Origin: Paramecium tetraurelia
Lineage: Eukaryota
Length of the DNA stretch: 64,000 nucleotides
Direction: 5' to 3'
Assembly (NCBI GenBank): GCA_000165425.1
Contig: CT868563.1
Span: 1 to 64,000, forward strand
Every line of letters begins with the position of its first letter. Position 1 is the first letter of the stretch. A program made the translations under genes and the position numbers. Under the pieces are notes generated by a model, which saw nothing but the letters and a program-made list of their open reading frames with translations, was not told where the DNA came from and did not search any database. Below are positions 39,877 to 53,638 of this stretch, piece after piece.

Positions 39877-40371
39877 ATATCGTATCTGAAGAAGACTCTT
39901 TTGTCACCCAACACTACGAAGAAATCTATAGATAAATAAGAGACATGAAATTGTGTGAAAGACTCTGCAGGTATTACTCTTTAAAAATCAGGTCTTAAAC
40001 CTATTGAAGAAAAACAAATGGACTTGTTGCAATTTTTAAATCTCTACAAATAGCTGAAAATATCATTATAAATTCATTTGCTGGTTATTCACAATCCCAA
40101 AGAATTGATTGTAATTTATTCTTGTAGTAATATAGAATATAAGTAATTTGCACAAAGAGGTATTTGGAGACACATAGTTGCAACATCTAAATGTAGTATT
40201 AAAGTCTTTGAATCTTTGTCCAGTCGTGTTTGACATTAACATTAACGAATTAATAAGTCACGCCAAAGTCCAATCGAGAATAAGTAGAATTTGTCAATAT
40301 ATTTAAAATATCATTTGTTGCAAACCTTGAATATATTAATATTATTTAAATTTTAAATTTGGTGCCATTTG

Positions 40372-42026
40372 ATGAGCATTGATCTCTCATTTAAGAACCT
40401 TGAAATGCTGGATTAGTCCTTGAATCTAAACAATTACGTAATCACATAATTCAATACTAATTAGACAATAATAAATTTGCAGGGTAACAATTTCAAGGGC
40501 GAATAAACATACATTCAATAGCTGAAAGTTTAGCATCTAAATTTATCATTCAATAATATCGAATAGATGTGGTTATTGCCATCCTCCCTTATAACTTTGG
40601 AAATCAATAATAATTTGCTTCAGAATTTGTCAAGTATTGAAGAAATCTTAATATATTTAGATATCTCCCATCTCAAAAATCTGAAACAGATTGATTTATC
40701 CAACAATTTATTGCAGAGTGTCCATTGGTTTAGTAATCTGACACAATTAACTCATATATTTCTGAAAAATAACAAGGTAAGAATAAAGATATTCTAGATT
40801 AAAACAATTGAATAACTTAAGAACTTACCTCAATTGGTAGAAGTTGATTTAGAATGTAATGAGTTAAAAAATGTGGCTGAAGTGCATTATCTAGAAACAT
40901 AAACTAAAATTAATATCATTAATTTGTTTGGCAATCCAGTGTTTGAAGGATTACAATTAAAAATATTGAATGTAGTTGAGAGTACATATCATTCAAATAA
41001 TTAGAAAATTGTCATTGCAGATCAGAACAAACATACAGTCAATCGGAAATATGCAAAAAGCGAAATCAATAAATCGATGATATTGATTTGTTTGATGAAA
41101 AGGCAAGTGAAAAGTAATCCGATCTTCAACCTTAAACAATGACTCAAAAAAAATACACAAAATCTCTATCTCCTCTGAATAAGCAATTGCCATAATTCTA
41201 TGATCCTAAGTCTAGCAAATATGTCACTTTTCATGATGTGTTAAGGCAAAAGCAACGCAATAATACTAATGCAAATTATGATGTCAAATAATAAAATGTT
41301 ACAACTACAAATACTAATACAACCATCAATAACAGATAAACTATGGATTAATTGAAGTAATAAAATGAAAACTTAAAGAAAGATTATATGAAATTAAAAT
41401 AAAAGTTTGAATAATCATAAAAATAGAATTAGAGCTTTTTTTAAGAAATAGAGAGTTACAAAGAATAGTTAAATGGCCTATTATTATAATTCAATATTCC
41501 AATTTAAGAAGAGGAAGCATCAGTCAGATCTTTGTTGGATTAGTTGGAATTGGGTTTGACAACTTTCATAAAGGATATGAGAAAATAAAATGTAGAATAA
41601 ATAAATAGTATGATGACAAGAATGGGAAATAAGGTTAAAGTGATGAGTAGTTAAATTGAAATTACTACTCTAAAAAAATGCTGCGAATACACAGAGAAAA
41701 TAAAAAATATCGAATTAGCATTGTCTAAACTTGCTGATGTGGTTGTTGAATAGTAATATATTCTTATTAATCATTTTAGAAAACAATAAATAATAAAGCT
41801 TTAGAGGCAGAGGGTTCATTCACCATTACAGAGGTAATGTTTGACTTCAAGAGTTCATGGAAAGAATCCTAGTGAACTTGATTAGATGAAATTGAAAACT
41901 TTATTCTTTAAATCTCCGAATGTTCAATAATTAGACAAACCTCTCAAAACTCAAGGGTCTTAAAGTACCAGTTTGTCACAATAGGTGTTAGAAACTTAAT
42001 AGAAACCAAAGATTTATAAGAAATGA
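40372..42026 (+). CDS. Leucine-rich repeat plus coiled-coil protein
   Basis: LxxLxLxxN repeats (LKNLKQIDLSNNLL, LTQLTHIFLKNN, INLFGNPV), then Q/E-rich coiled coil; several tiny introns. Confidence 0.8.
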
Positions 42027-42049
42027 CATTTTTTAATAGTGTATATTTA

Positions 42050-42715
42050 TCATTGTATTGGATTCATACCTGAAATAAAGCTTCCGTAACTCACTCTTGA
42101 TTCTTTTTTGGTATAAATTGAAATCAGAGATTCTATTTCTTAGTTTGTAATTTGTATATTGTAGGATTCAAATACTTCTCTAAACTCGTCTATTGTAATT
42201 GTTCCTACTTTCAATTTGTCAAAAAACAAGAAGGCCAATTCTAGACTGAATTCAGAATTTTCTGCTAATCTCTCTTTAACTAATTATATTTTTTCCTCGG
42301 TTAACAGTATTTACGCAATCAATTCTTTAAACTTTGCCATTGTTTTGACACTTATCTTGGTTACAATTCTGACAAGAGGATCGTTACTACACGAAATAAC
42401 ATTAACGAATTCTTAATATGTAAGAAATGAATTATCCTCTGAAAACCTTTAAAACAACAAATTTATTTATGATTTCTTAGCTTTTATCCCTAAAGACATA
42501 CATCCTAGCTCAAAATCTAGTCTTGTTATCTTTCTCTAATTAAAAGTATCAAAGAATGCATAAAATTGATTCAAATCAAAATCATCATTTTGTTCTAATT
42601 GTATTTTTCTCTCTTCCAATTGTTTATTCAAATACATCATTTCATACAATGCATTAACTAGCTTTGCTTCTTAGTTTTATTTCAAAACAATTACTTTGCT
42701 GTTATTTTATTACAT
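42050..42715 (-). CDS. EF-hand protein (two degenerate EF-hand pairs)
   Basis: FYAFFDTFNQRKITRLDFE and AFLFFDKLKVGTITIDEFREVF...SRVSYGSFISGMNP; intronless, 221 aa. Confidence 0.8.
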
Positions 42716-43031
42716 AATTATTTATTCATAATTATTGTTTTAAATAATAAATAACCCCAATAGCAATTATCGTACTCTATCTAATGTGTTCCCACATTTA
42801 CATATACACATCTTCTTCATAGCCTTTCCAATAAGACTTCAATAATTTAGAGTAATAGTTCAACAATACAAAGAGTTATCTAAACCCTCTTAAAGTTGAT
42901 TGTTTCTTATTGATCTATTTATTCTTGTTTATGGCTACTTGTGCTTAGAAATAATTTGTAAGTTGTGGTTTTATGAGTTGAAGTTATTAAATTTAAGAAA
43001 CTGTGATTATATCGTTAATTATTTTAAAATT

Positions 43032-43987
43032 ATGTCACTCAACGATTGGAAAAGTGAAAAAGCCATGCTTGAATAGAGGAATCAGTTTCTATTTATGTAG
43101 ATCCAAGAAATCAAAGAAAGAGAAGAACATTAGAAGAAGTTTAATGATACTATAATGCAAGCATGGAGTTAAGGGGAGGGAAGAACCAATGTAATTAGAT
43201 TAAATTAATTATACTTTAGTGTAAAGTATATAAAGAAATCTAAAGCACTCTGGAAGAGTATTCAAGAGAACTGATTGAAGCTAAGAAGAAGAGTTCCATG
43301 GCGATGATGAAATTGGAGAATGAAAATACCGAACTAAAATATTAAATCCAATAGTTAGAATCCATTTATCAATAAAAAAACCAATTGCATTAAGTCAAGG
43401 TGATGGAGTTGAGAAAAAGGATTGAATGCTAAACCAATAAGGAAAATGTTGGGGATAATTAATTTGGCTGTATTGTAAGTGTGAAGAGCAGAACTTGCAG
43501 TCAGAATACTAGCAGAGAAATCAACAAATAAAGATCAAAAACTTAGAACAAACCGGAATTATTGAATTGTAGAAATTCCAATGTGATGGAAATTAATACT
43601 GATTTCTTGAAAGATTATAGTATGCAAATAGAGAGTGTTTCACCGCAAGAGAGATAAAATTTAGCCATCTAATTGAAATAATTAACCAAAGAATTAAAAA
43701 CTACAAAAGTAAAAATCCTTATATATATCTAGAATGAAATCGAAAATACCAATTTATAAACAGCAAATGAATTGAAAACTGAAATCAAATCCATGCTGAA
43801 CAAATTGTTAAAGGCTAAGGGCAAGATGACTGAAAGTATTGTAGGGAGTGGAAAGGAATCAGTGCTGGTTTTGAGGGGGAGCCAATACAAACCCACATTA
43901 GCAGATTTTGCAAAGTAATTAAATGCTGTTAGATCTATTGAAACCTTTAATATTTTGAATCCAGGAAAAGCCATAAACAATTATTGA
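43032..43987 (+). CDS. Coiled-coil hypothetical protein
   Basis: MSLNDWKSEKAMLEQRNQFL...NELKTEIKSMLNKLLKAKGK; 2 tiny introns. Confidence 0.7.
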
Positions 43988-44051
43988 TTAGTTAATTATA
44001 TATATATATAAAAACACCAAAAAGATGTGAAAAAAATAGATATCATCTGTA

Positions 44052-45082
44052 TCATTATTTTTAACGCTTAAAAGATAGTTTAGTGACTTACTTAAATTAA
44101 TTGGTGAATTCTTGATAATTCACTTTGGGGCACTATTACTGGTTTGAGTTTCTTGTCCTTAAATAATTAATTGGAATAGAACCTTTTAGTTCATCACGCT
44201 TGAAAATTAAAAATGCTAAACCAAGGCTTAACGTCCCTAAATTCTGGCATATCTTAATTCGCAGATCTATAATCAATAATTGGGAACTCTACCTTCTCGC
44301 TGTTGAAATGAGGCCATCCATTATCATGAAAATCCTTATAAAATTAAATTATGTAAAAAGGATGCACAAAGTTGATAAATGCATAGCCCATGTTGCACTT
44401 ATTCTATATGCATACTAATCTTATTAAATACCTTGAAGTCTATTGGAAGATATAAAAAGTCATAATAATTCCTGTGACTATGATCAATTAAATCTTAAAG
44501 CATTTGCACTGTATATTTATTAGGAATATTTTTTATCATTATTGTGGTTCTTTCATCCATTTAATTCATTACTTTGTCAATTCTCACAACAAAATAATGG
44601 GATTCTTCATCTGGTATGGTTTTCCTCTTCCTTCTTTCAGTTTCAGAACCACTTGTTAACAATGATTGGCAAGAGGATCCCAATTGCAAACAAGCCTCAT
44701 TCGAAATTTCTGTTGATAGATTTGAACCCACTTTTTAGTCAAACGACTTATTTTTAAAAACCTCAGAAATCTGCTCCATCATTTGGTCCGATGACAAATT
44801 ATCTTCTTTTGCATACAATATTACTTTAGGTTCTATTGATATTTCATGTTTAATGACATTACCTGTAAACATTTGGATGGCCCTGTCTATTTAATCACTG
44901 TAAGATTTGCTCTCTTAACTTTGTTTACTTTCATTCGATTAGTTCATTGTCGCCTTGTCAATGTCATCAAATAATTCCTGTGAACTGTGATCTTTTTATT
45001 TTGTCAAGATTTCATTCAAATCTCGATGATTTCGAATACATTTCAGAATCTGTTCCTAATTTAAACGAGACTGCTTGTCCAT
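44052..45082 (-). CDS. Mei2-like RNA-binding protein (C-terminal RRM only)
   Basis: DERTTIMIKNIPNKYT...[23 protein letters not shown]...WPHFNSEKICELRYARIQGRQALVQHF; start codon approximate. Confidence 0.9.
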
Positions 45083-45987
45083 TTATTATAATAATTTTTA
45101 TTTTCTTCTTTTGCTTTTTCTCAACTTATAGATTTCATGCACTTTCAACCTTTGCATTAGCAGACAATAAATGAATAACAAATTAGCAAACATAATTCAA
45201 TAATGATCAAAGACACATTGGGGTTTTTAAAAAAACATCATTTGATTCACAGACTAAACCACAATGAAGCCTATCGCAAAAAGGGATAACCAACAATACT
45301 ACATCTATTAGAGTAAATTTATAGAGCAAATCCAAGGATTCTTTAATATTTTTATTAAATTTATAGTTCAAATTAGAAAGGAAGTCAGCTTAAAGAAAAG
45401 ACATAGTTTTTCAATTACAATGAACATCTTTCATTCAAATTTTACTTTACCTATAAACTAAAGGATATACTAACAATTCTAAATAGTTAATTGAAAAATA
45501 TTTTAGCGTAAATTGCATAATAAAATGTTTCAACTGAATTCTTATATCGTCTCAAATTTTGTGATCAAAATTAATCCGCTTTAAGCATTTTAATTGAAAA
45601 AAATTAAGTCTAAGAGAAATTTTAAGCAAAATATTAATAATAAGCTAAATTATTTTGTATTTTAACTGTTTAATACTAAAAAAATACTTCAAATAAATAA
45701 AATAGAAAAATCAGTTTAATTAGTAAATAAGTACTTTATACAATATGAGAGAGCAGATCATGGAATAAAAGAAAAGAGATTCAGCAATAAAATTTCAAAT
45801 TTTAGAGATCGTTTTAGTGAGAATGAAATTAATGTAGTTGATAAAGTTTAGTCTTCGAGTTTTAAGAAGATTAATTTACAAATTAAATATTTCAAGAAAT
45901 AAAATCTTAATAATTAGATTTTGAGTTTTTTGTTTTGATATTTTGATTAAAGAATGTTTTTATTATTAATATTAAAAATTAACCGAC

Positions 45988-47856
45988 ATGAGTGGATACA
46001 AACAGTATGATGATGTTGAACCCTATAGACAACGAATTCGAGATCTTGAGGCTTAATTATAGAGAATGGATGTTAGATTTAGCAATGTTCTTACTCACTC
46101 TGGGAAGGCGGACACATAATTTAATAACGATTTACATGTAGAATTAGAGAAAATGACGAAATAAATGATATAAAAGAGAAGTGAGGCTGAATTATGGAAA
46201 TAGAAATATGAACAACAGCTATCCTCGAGTATGTAGATGAGAAACAATTATGAGTTGGAATTACAACAATTATCAAAGGAAGTTCAAAGGTTGCTAGATA
46301 AGATAGATCAATTTGAATATGAGAAAAGATTGAATGATAAGTAATTAGTTAGAGAAACTTTGCAAGACAAGGATTTAGAGATTGATGATTTAGTGAGTAA
46401 ATTACAGAGAATGAGATTAGAACATGAGAATGAATCACAAAGACTTCTGAGTGAGAATGATAATTTGAGACATAAGATAAATCAGATTGAATTGGATAGA
46501 TAAAAGTATCATATTATTATATTTAATAGAGAGTTGGAACAGATGAGATTTAAGATAGAGACATTTCATTCTTAAAATTTGGATAATCTAAGAAAAACTC
46601 ATTCTAGTTAGATTTCAGTTGTTGAATCAGAGATTGATAAATTAAGAGGATTGTTGGAAATTAAAAATAATGAAATTGAAACATTGCTTCAATAAAATAT
46701 GAAATTGAAAGCATCTTATGAAAATTAGATCAATGAACTTAATGTTTAATTTGATAGTTAGAAATCTAAGTATTAGAAGCAAGAGATCATCCATAGAGAT
46801 TAAATGACTTAATTATAGCAGTAGTTGTTGGATGAATAAAAGTTTAGTTTGCAATCTCTAAGTAAGAATTACGAATAAAGTATATTTACTTTGGAAAAAG
46901 AAATAGTAACTTATTAAAAGAAAAATGAAAATTTATCAAAGGAAATCTAAGAATTAATTGTTGAAAGAACTTAATTAAGAGACAATTATGAGAGACAATT
47001 AGAATTATTAAAAAAGGATAATGAGATTTTAAAATAGAGATCGGCATAAATTGAATAAACGAAGTAAAAGGATTTGTAATAAGTGGAATCAGAATTGTTT
47101 AAAACAAAATAATCTTCATTAGAAATTGAAAATGTTTATAAACAATAAGTGGTTAAGTTAGAAAATGAATTATAACTCTAAGCAGAGAAAGAGGTAGTAA
47201 AGAATAAGGAAGTGGAGACTCAGATTTAATAATTTATTTTAATAAAATAAGCTTTGGAGGAAGATTTATAACATTTAAGATAATAAAACTAAACTTTAAA
47301 CGAGCAAATAAAGGAGTTAGAAAAGATAGCTTCATTTGAATAGGAAGAATGGAAAGTCAAATGGCAATAAAATGAATTTATTTTCAAAGATAAAATCAGA
47401 AATCTGGAAAATAAGGTTGATATTTTGCATTAAGAGTTGAGAAAACAAAAAGAATTGGCCGATTCTTAGATTAGATAGATTCCAGAAAGAGAGTTCAAAG
47501 CTTTAATCGACGAGATTGAATAATTAAAGACTAGATTGGTTTTGCAAGAAAGAGATAAATTGAAAGAACGCGAAGATTTGAGAGCAAAGCTTGAATAATC
47601 GCACCATTATCAAATAGAAAATTTGAAAGCAGCCTTCAATACTTAAATCAGAATTCTTGAATAGGAAAATAGAGATTCCATAAATATCATCACATAAAAA
47701 GAGAATACAATTTAAGAATTATTGCACAAATATCAGAACTTAGAAACCGCATATAGTGGATAAACTATTGGACCACAAGAATAAGCATCTAAAAATATAT
47801 ATTAAGCATATATTCGTTCATCAAATAGACAGTCATCATTACGTAAATAATAATGA
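45988..47856 (+). CDS. Long coiled-coil (probably cortical/cytoskeletal) protein
   Basis: MSGYKQYDDVEPYRQRIRDLEAQL...; E/Q/K heptads throughout; one tiny intron near 46506. Confidence 0.8.
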
Positions 47857-47909
47857 ATTATACTATCTTATAAAAAATAACATAAATTATTATTATTATA
47901 GTTGTCTAA

Positions 47910-49689
47910 ATGTAAAAAAATCAATTTTCAAATGTGTTTTGGAGAAAGGTGAGGGAGGATATGAGGATGGAAATTCTCTTAGAGAAGATGCCATTGAAAC
48001 AATTTAAATTGTATGAGTTGACTGAAGATGAAATGAATATCAATTTAGATTAAGTTACACAATGGTAATTAATAGGTGAAAATGTAGGTCTCCAGATAAT
48101 GAGAAGATTTATAAAAACATATCTGAGAATGGATTTGCTGATTTTATTTGCAATAAAGAATATATGATTGAAACTTATACAAATATAGTATTTGATTCTG
48201 AAGATATAACATAAATGGATAACCAATTGTTACAATTCAAAAATTTGCTACTATTAAGATTAAATCATAACAAAATTGAAGTTGTTCAACATCTTCCTTA
48301 ATAATTAGTAGAACTACATCTCTTTAACAATCCAATTACAACTTTGAATTTATTGAAGCATAACTTATAGTATCTAGGTTTAGGGTATTGTTTGTTGAAT
48401 GATGATGCAATCCAAACTATTCCTAAGTTCTTGCCTTAATTGATAGGTTTGGATCTGTCTCACAACTAGTTATGTGATTTAGAATATTCAGTAGAGGCTT
48501 GTAAAAAGATTTCTAATTTAAAAATGCTTTCCCTTTATGGAAATCCTTTAGTTTTGATGCCTCAATACTTTATTTACATTGTTGACAACCTTCTGAATTT
48601 GAGAAGCTTTGATGAATAGAGTTTCTTGGAAATCAAAAATAGATTGGAATAAGCAGAGAAAGAAAAGCAAGCTAAAAAATAAGAAGCCTTGAGAAAATAA
48701 TAGGAAGAGTTTGAACAATAGCAAAAATTGTTGGCTGATAAAAATAAAAAAGGAGGAAAACCAGGAAAATAACCAGATCCAGTTGTAGTTCAATAACCTT
48801 AAGTTATTATTCCTATTGAGGAACCTAAAATCAATTTAAATGAATTAAGATAATTCAAAATTACATTAAAAATATAGACTTTAGAAAATCTGGAAGGAAT
48901 TTTATTGGATAAATACTCCTACCCTTTAATGGAACAAAATAGTAAATTATTTTAAAGTAAGTATGCTATTACAGCAAACTTATTTGGAATTGAACTAAAA
49001 ACCAAAGAATTATTATATGAGACTGCAACGATTGAAAATGAAATAGGAAGAATTGATTTTGAATTTTCTTTTGAATAACTTTTTAATCCTGATGTTGATA
49101 TAAGAGATGCAGTTGAACAAGGGTTTTTAGTTTCTGTTTCAGTTGAGGAACCAAAGATGTTTATTGTAACAATTCATATTCTACCTAAAATTAGGCTGAT
49201 GACGGGGAAAAAAGGCCAGTCTTAGGCTAAGATGAATTGCCTGAACAAACTATAAAGGTATTAGGAGTTTGTAAAATTACATGTGATTGGTTGAGAGGTT
49301 ACAATAAGCAATTTAATAAAAAATACAGATTATTTAAGGAGGAAACCAAAAACTCAGCTGAACATTGGTTTCCACTGGAAAATGAATAGGATTTAGTTTA
49401 AGCTAAGATGGAAATGATTCAAAAAGAAAAAGATGCAGAGTTGGAGGAGAAAAAAGCCTAGTAAGCTTTGATTGAATAAAAAAAGGAGTAGAGTAAAGGG
49501 AAGGGAAAGGATGTTAAAAAAAAGGATGATAAGAAAAATGTGAAGAAAGGTAAAGATGAACCTGCTCAAAAATTGGTAGGGTAATTAGATTGGGAGGTTG
49601 ATACCAGATAATATATATATGTAAATGAAAAGAAAGTGCATAGAGCAACTGACATGTTATTAGCAATAGCTTTGGATCTAGGATATTGA
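47910..49689 (+). CDS. LRR protein, LRRC43-like
   Basis: LLQFKNLLLLRLNHNKI, LQYLGLGYC, LIGLDLSHNQLCDL, LSLYGNPLVLMPQY; K-rich tail KGKGKDVKKKDDKK. Confidence 0.75.
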
Positions 49690-49807
49690 TTTTCTTTGTC
49701 TTACATACAATTTCACAGCCTAATTAAATTTTAAATTTAACAATAAAAATAAGATGTATTAAAAACAAGGATTTTTACAAAAAGATAAGTTAACGAAAAT
49801 TGTATTG

Positions 49808-50488
49808 TCATTCCATGCTTCCCTTTCTTGTTTATGCTGTATTCTTGAATAGAGGAATAACAATTTTAGGGCCTTCATGGAATTTTAAGCATGTGGCTGT
49901 TTCTTTCATTTTTTCTTAGTAAATTTTCTCAGCTAAGTATCTAATAATTTTGTATATTTTAGGATGTATACATATGCAAACAACAATTTCTAGGTTGTGA
50001 TTTCTTTGACTTTTATTTATATTATTCAATCAAATTCAAATACACTTATTTCTACGCATTTCGAAGTATTTGCTATTTCAGTTTGAGATCCCTCGAATAC
50101 TAAATTTAGATTTACCTGAGAATTAAATGGACATTGGAGATATAAGGTTCTACTTGTGAATTTTCTAAATTTTTCGTTTGATGTCTCATAGGTTTAACTA
50201 ATTTCTCTGCCTAATTTTTATTGTAAGAGATGATTTCTGAAACATTTTGATCTGGATTTTCCGGCATTCGAAAGATGACTTGATTTACTTCTATAAAACA
50301 TTATAGAAATATTTATACTTCTTCGCGCTTTTGCTTATTTAAGAAATCTAGCAGTTCTACCTTCTTTTGATTTTGTAGCACAATCTAAATTAGTAGTCAA
50401 TATCATTACATTCATTTATATCTTGCACCAAATGGTAAAATGTGGTAACAAACTCTTAATATTCTGAATCGCTTTCTTAAGAACTCAT
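49808..50488 (-). CDS. Hypothetical protein
   Basis: MSSQESDSEYQEFVTTFYHLV... with 4 tiny introns restoring frame to ...RKGSME*. Confidence 0.65.
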
Positions 50489-50775
50489 ATATATTAATTT
50501 AATTAAATATAGTTCATAAATATGAATATCATTTACTAATCTTTTTTTAAACATTTAATAAGAATATCCTTTTTTTACAATGCTTATTTTTAACTGTATT
50601 CGTCATCATCGAGCACTTAAAATTTAAACTATATTCTTCTAATTTTACAACTGACACTAGATATGATACAATTAACAAGTGAGTTAGGGACCTTCATTAA
50701 TTTGGTAGGACACATATTTTTATTTCCTTTTCTCTAAAAAAAAATATTCATTTAAATGATAAATTAATTTATTTA

Positions 50776-52185
50776 ATGGAATTAGAAAAAACATTGCACC
50801 GAGTTTAAGAAAGAATTTTGACTCATGAATAAGCACCTAAAGTGACTAGCATTTGCAGTAAGATCTTGTTGTGCATAGTGTCAATAAACTTGCTTATAAT
50901 TTGGGGATTGAGTAATAGAACTATTAATTAAATCTAATTTGATCCAGATGCTAAAGATAACATCTATCATTTTTCAATAACAGACGAGGATAATACAATA
51001 TTAATGATGAAGTATTCTAGCATTTAAGAATTATTGCACTTAAAAACAGAATAGCTCCAAGCACACAATTTCACAATAATTAACATTTCTATAGATTATA
51101 ACAACTACTTCGATAGTAGTCTCTAAAAGTTACTCTCATTTACTACAAACTTAGAAACTTTATTCTTGCATGATGTTGCCTACTCAGTCTATTCAGATAT
51201 TTATGTGATAAATAACGCAACAAATCAAACATTCATTTGGAAGGAAAGGGAAGTCCCTTAAAATTACTTAGCGAAAACTGTAAAACATTTATGGAAGTTT
51301 ACAATTATAACATTGGGAGTGTTCATTTCTTCAGCAATTTCGTCACTCTACATTAAAATTACAATTATTTGTGCTCCAGTCATCATAATCATTATGCGTA
51401 TCAATTATTTTCAATATTATATTTAGTTGAAGTATCCTATCTCATAGGAAACAGACAAATATTCCCAATCTTTTTGGCCCGTGCATTCCCTTGGATTGGA
51501 TTATATCTAAATATTCTAGATAGAACATAAAAATCAAAGAAATAACTAATCTTAGCTTTTGCATTTATGCTGTTTTTAACATACTTCATCTACTTGTCCT
51601 CAGTGATAATAGGAAGCTACTTATTATTCAAAAATCAGGTTCCATTCGGTTTGGAAGACAACTTTTTTGGGTATCATTTAATTACAATCTAAAGGTTAGT
51701 TACAGTGAATGAGTTTGCTTCATTATTATTTTTGAGAACGAGATCCTCCATTTACTTTGTACCCAAATTCACCATTATTTTTTATTACTTATTCCTTTGG
51801 TATGTTAGATCAACAAGTAGAAAATACATTAATTAATATTAGGTTATGGTTTCTATTCACTTGCAATGCAGACCTTATCATATGCATGTTTGGGTACATT
51901 TTTTCTATTCATTTCCCTTTATGAAATTCCGAGTTTGGGATGGAATCCGCTTTCATATTACACACCAACTATTGATAGACCACGATGTTACTATTTGCCA
52001 GTATTTTCATTGAGTTGGGTCAATGATTTACCATAGTTATGGTCAATGTTTTACCCTCTGCATGGAAGAAGGTAATTACATAAATCATGATTAGATATTT
52101 TCAAATTGAAAATTTAGCCTTAGTAGATAGAAACTTCCCACTACTTAACAATCTCTTAGATATTGAAATGTAAGAATAATAATGA
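50776..52185 (+). CDS. Membralin (TMEM259)-like multi-pass ER protein
   Basis: FLRTRSSIYFVPKFTIIFYYLFLWYVRST.YGFYSLAM...FFLFISLYEIPSL matches the membralin C-terminal TM pattern; 4 tiny introns. Confidence 0.7.
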
Positions 52186-52197
52186 TTTATATAATAT

Positions 52198-53167
52198 TCA
52201 ATTATAGGCTACTTATTTTTTCACATCCAAGAATTCTACGCTCATTGGGAGTGAAAAAACAGCCTACCTTTATTACTTGTATCGTTCATAATTCTTCTCA
52301 AACTCTTTTGAAGTGTCTTTGATTTCCTGAAGCAAATGAACCACCTCCTGAATTTACTAACAATGATTCGCTATCGATATATCTCTTTAATCTATCTATT
52401 CGATTATCAAAGTGCCATTCTATTTATTTTCTTAGCAATATTTCTTTATTTTTTCGAATGTCAGTTGTTTTAAAGGCTTGATACCGCCTAAAGATAAGGA
52501 TATATGTGGTGATAGAATTTCTTAAAAGATTGATTGCAGACTGCATTCTACAATTGCAAAAGCAATCTCGCTTTCCTTATAAGTAAATATCGTAAAACCC
52601 TACAGTGATTTCAAAAAGTATTCTTCTATTTTCTTCTCATATCTAATGAATAGAGATTATTCTAAAAGATCTTTTATTTGATAAATAAAGATTGCAGATT
52701 AAATTATGGGATAAATTGGTTTTACATCAATGTCATAGCCCAAAGCTTGAACTATCAAAATTTCATATTTAGCATAAAACTCATCTCCATAATGATGAAA
52801 ACGTTCATGTTTTGGTTTCCTTTTGAGTTATTGTGCCTGAATTGCAATTGATTGTTATGAAAGCTAAAATGTATTATTATATTACTCCATTCAACTTCAT
52901 TCCTAAATAACTGCAACATAATAGCATTTAATGCATTCCAGATTATTCAAATATTGTTTTTATCATATAATATCGCTTAAATAGTACTGCAGCATAGGAA
53001 ATAAGAGTCAACTATGAGTTCTTTTCATTCTTAAATAAAGTTGCCAGCAAACTGCAGCAATAATGATTTATGATATTCATTTCTTCATTTTATGTGTATC
53101 CATCTGGCAATTGCTGTTAACGATAATGAACAAAATCAGCTATTTGGCTTTTTGTAAATCTCCACAT
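52198..53167 (-). CDS. Cyclin H-like protein
   Basis: MWRFTK; LISYAAVLFKRYYMIKTIFE...MLLCCSYLGMKL; KYEILIVQALGYDIDVKPIY. Confidence 0.7.
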
Positions 53168-53387
53168 TTTATTTGTAAACTATATAATTATTTCTTAAAA
53201 AAAATCTATTTTATTGTTTAAAAATTTCTTTATTTGTTATTTTTGAATACTTCTTTTAGAATATTCATTATTTATGCTTTTAAAACAATTATTTGTGTGA
53301 TTTACTAACATTAAAAGAAGATAATAAACTTATTTTGGTTATATATTTTAATCTAATTTTAAGTATATTTTTAAATAAAAGATGTGA

Positions 53388-53394
53388 TATAAAA
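53388..53394 (+). promoter_or_regulatory. TATA-like element about -29 from the 5S rRNA gene
   Basis: TATAAAA positioned as expected for Pol III genes; AT-rich background lowers certainty. Confidence 0.35.
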
Positions 53395-53416
53395 GAGAGA
53401 GCATATAGTAAATATC

Positions 53417-53536
53417 GTTGTCGGCCATACTAAGCCTAAAGCACCGGATCCCATTCGAACTCCGAAGTTAAGCGGCTTAAGGCGAGGTTAGTACTAAGGT
53501 GGGGGACCGCTTGGGAAGTCCTCGTGTTGACAACCC
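53417..53536 (+). rRNA. 5S ribosomal RNA
   Basis: GTTGTCGGCCATACTAAG...CCGGATCCCATTCGAACTCCGAAGTTAAGC...TTAGTACTAAGGTGGGGGACCGCTTGGGAAGTCC...GACAACCC; terminal helix GTTGTC/GACAAC; 120 nt. Confidence 0.97.
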
Positions 53537-53544
53537 TTTTTTTT
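53537..53544 (+). terminator. Pol III oligo-T terminator
   Basis: T8 run immediately after the 5S gene. Confidence 0.85.
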
Positions 53545-53638
53545 GGCAATTAAATAAAATTTATTTAATTATAAGAATAGCAACAACAAAGATTAAACAT
53601 TTTTGTGTTATAGCAATATTATATATTAAAATTTGAAG

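Noticed and set aside
39880..40310. Possible small gene between the coiled-coil and LRR genes
   Set aside because: Could not build a convincing frame on either strand.
50660..50726. Possible H/ACA snoRNA (ANANNA box, weak hairpin, ACA)
   Set aside because: Pairing is weak and such boxes are frequent in AT-rich DNA.
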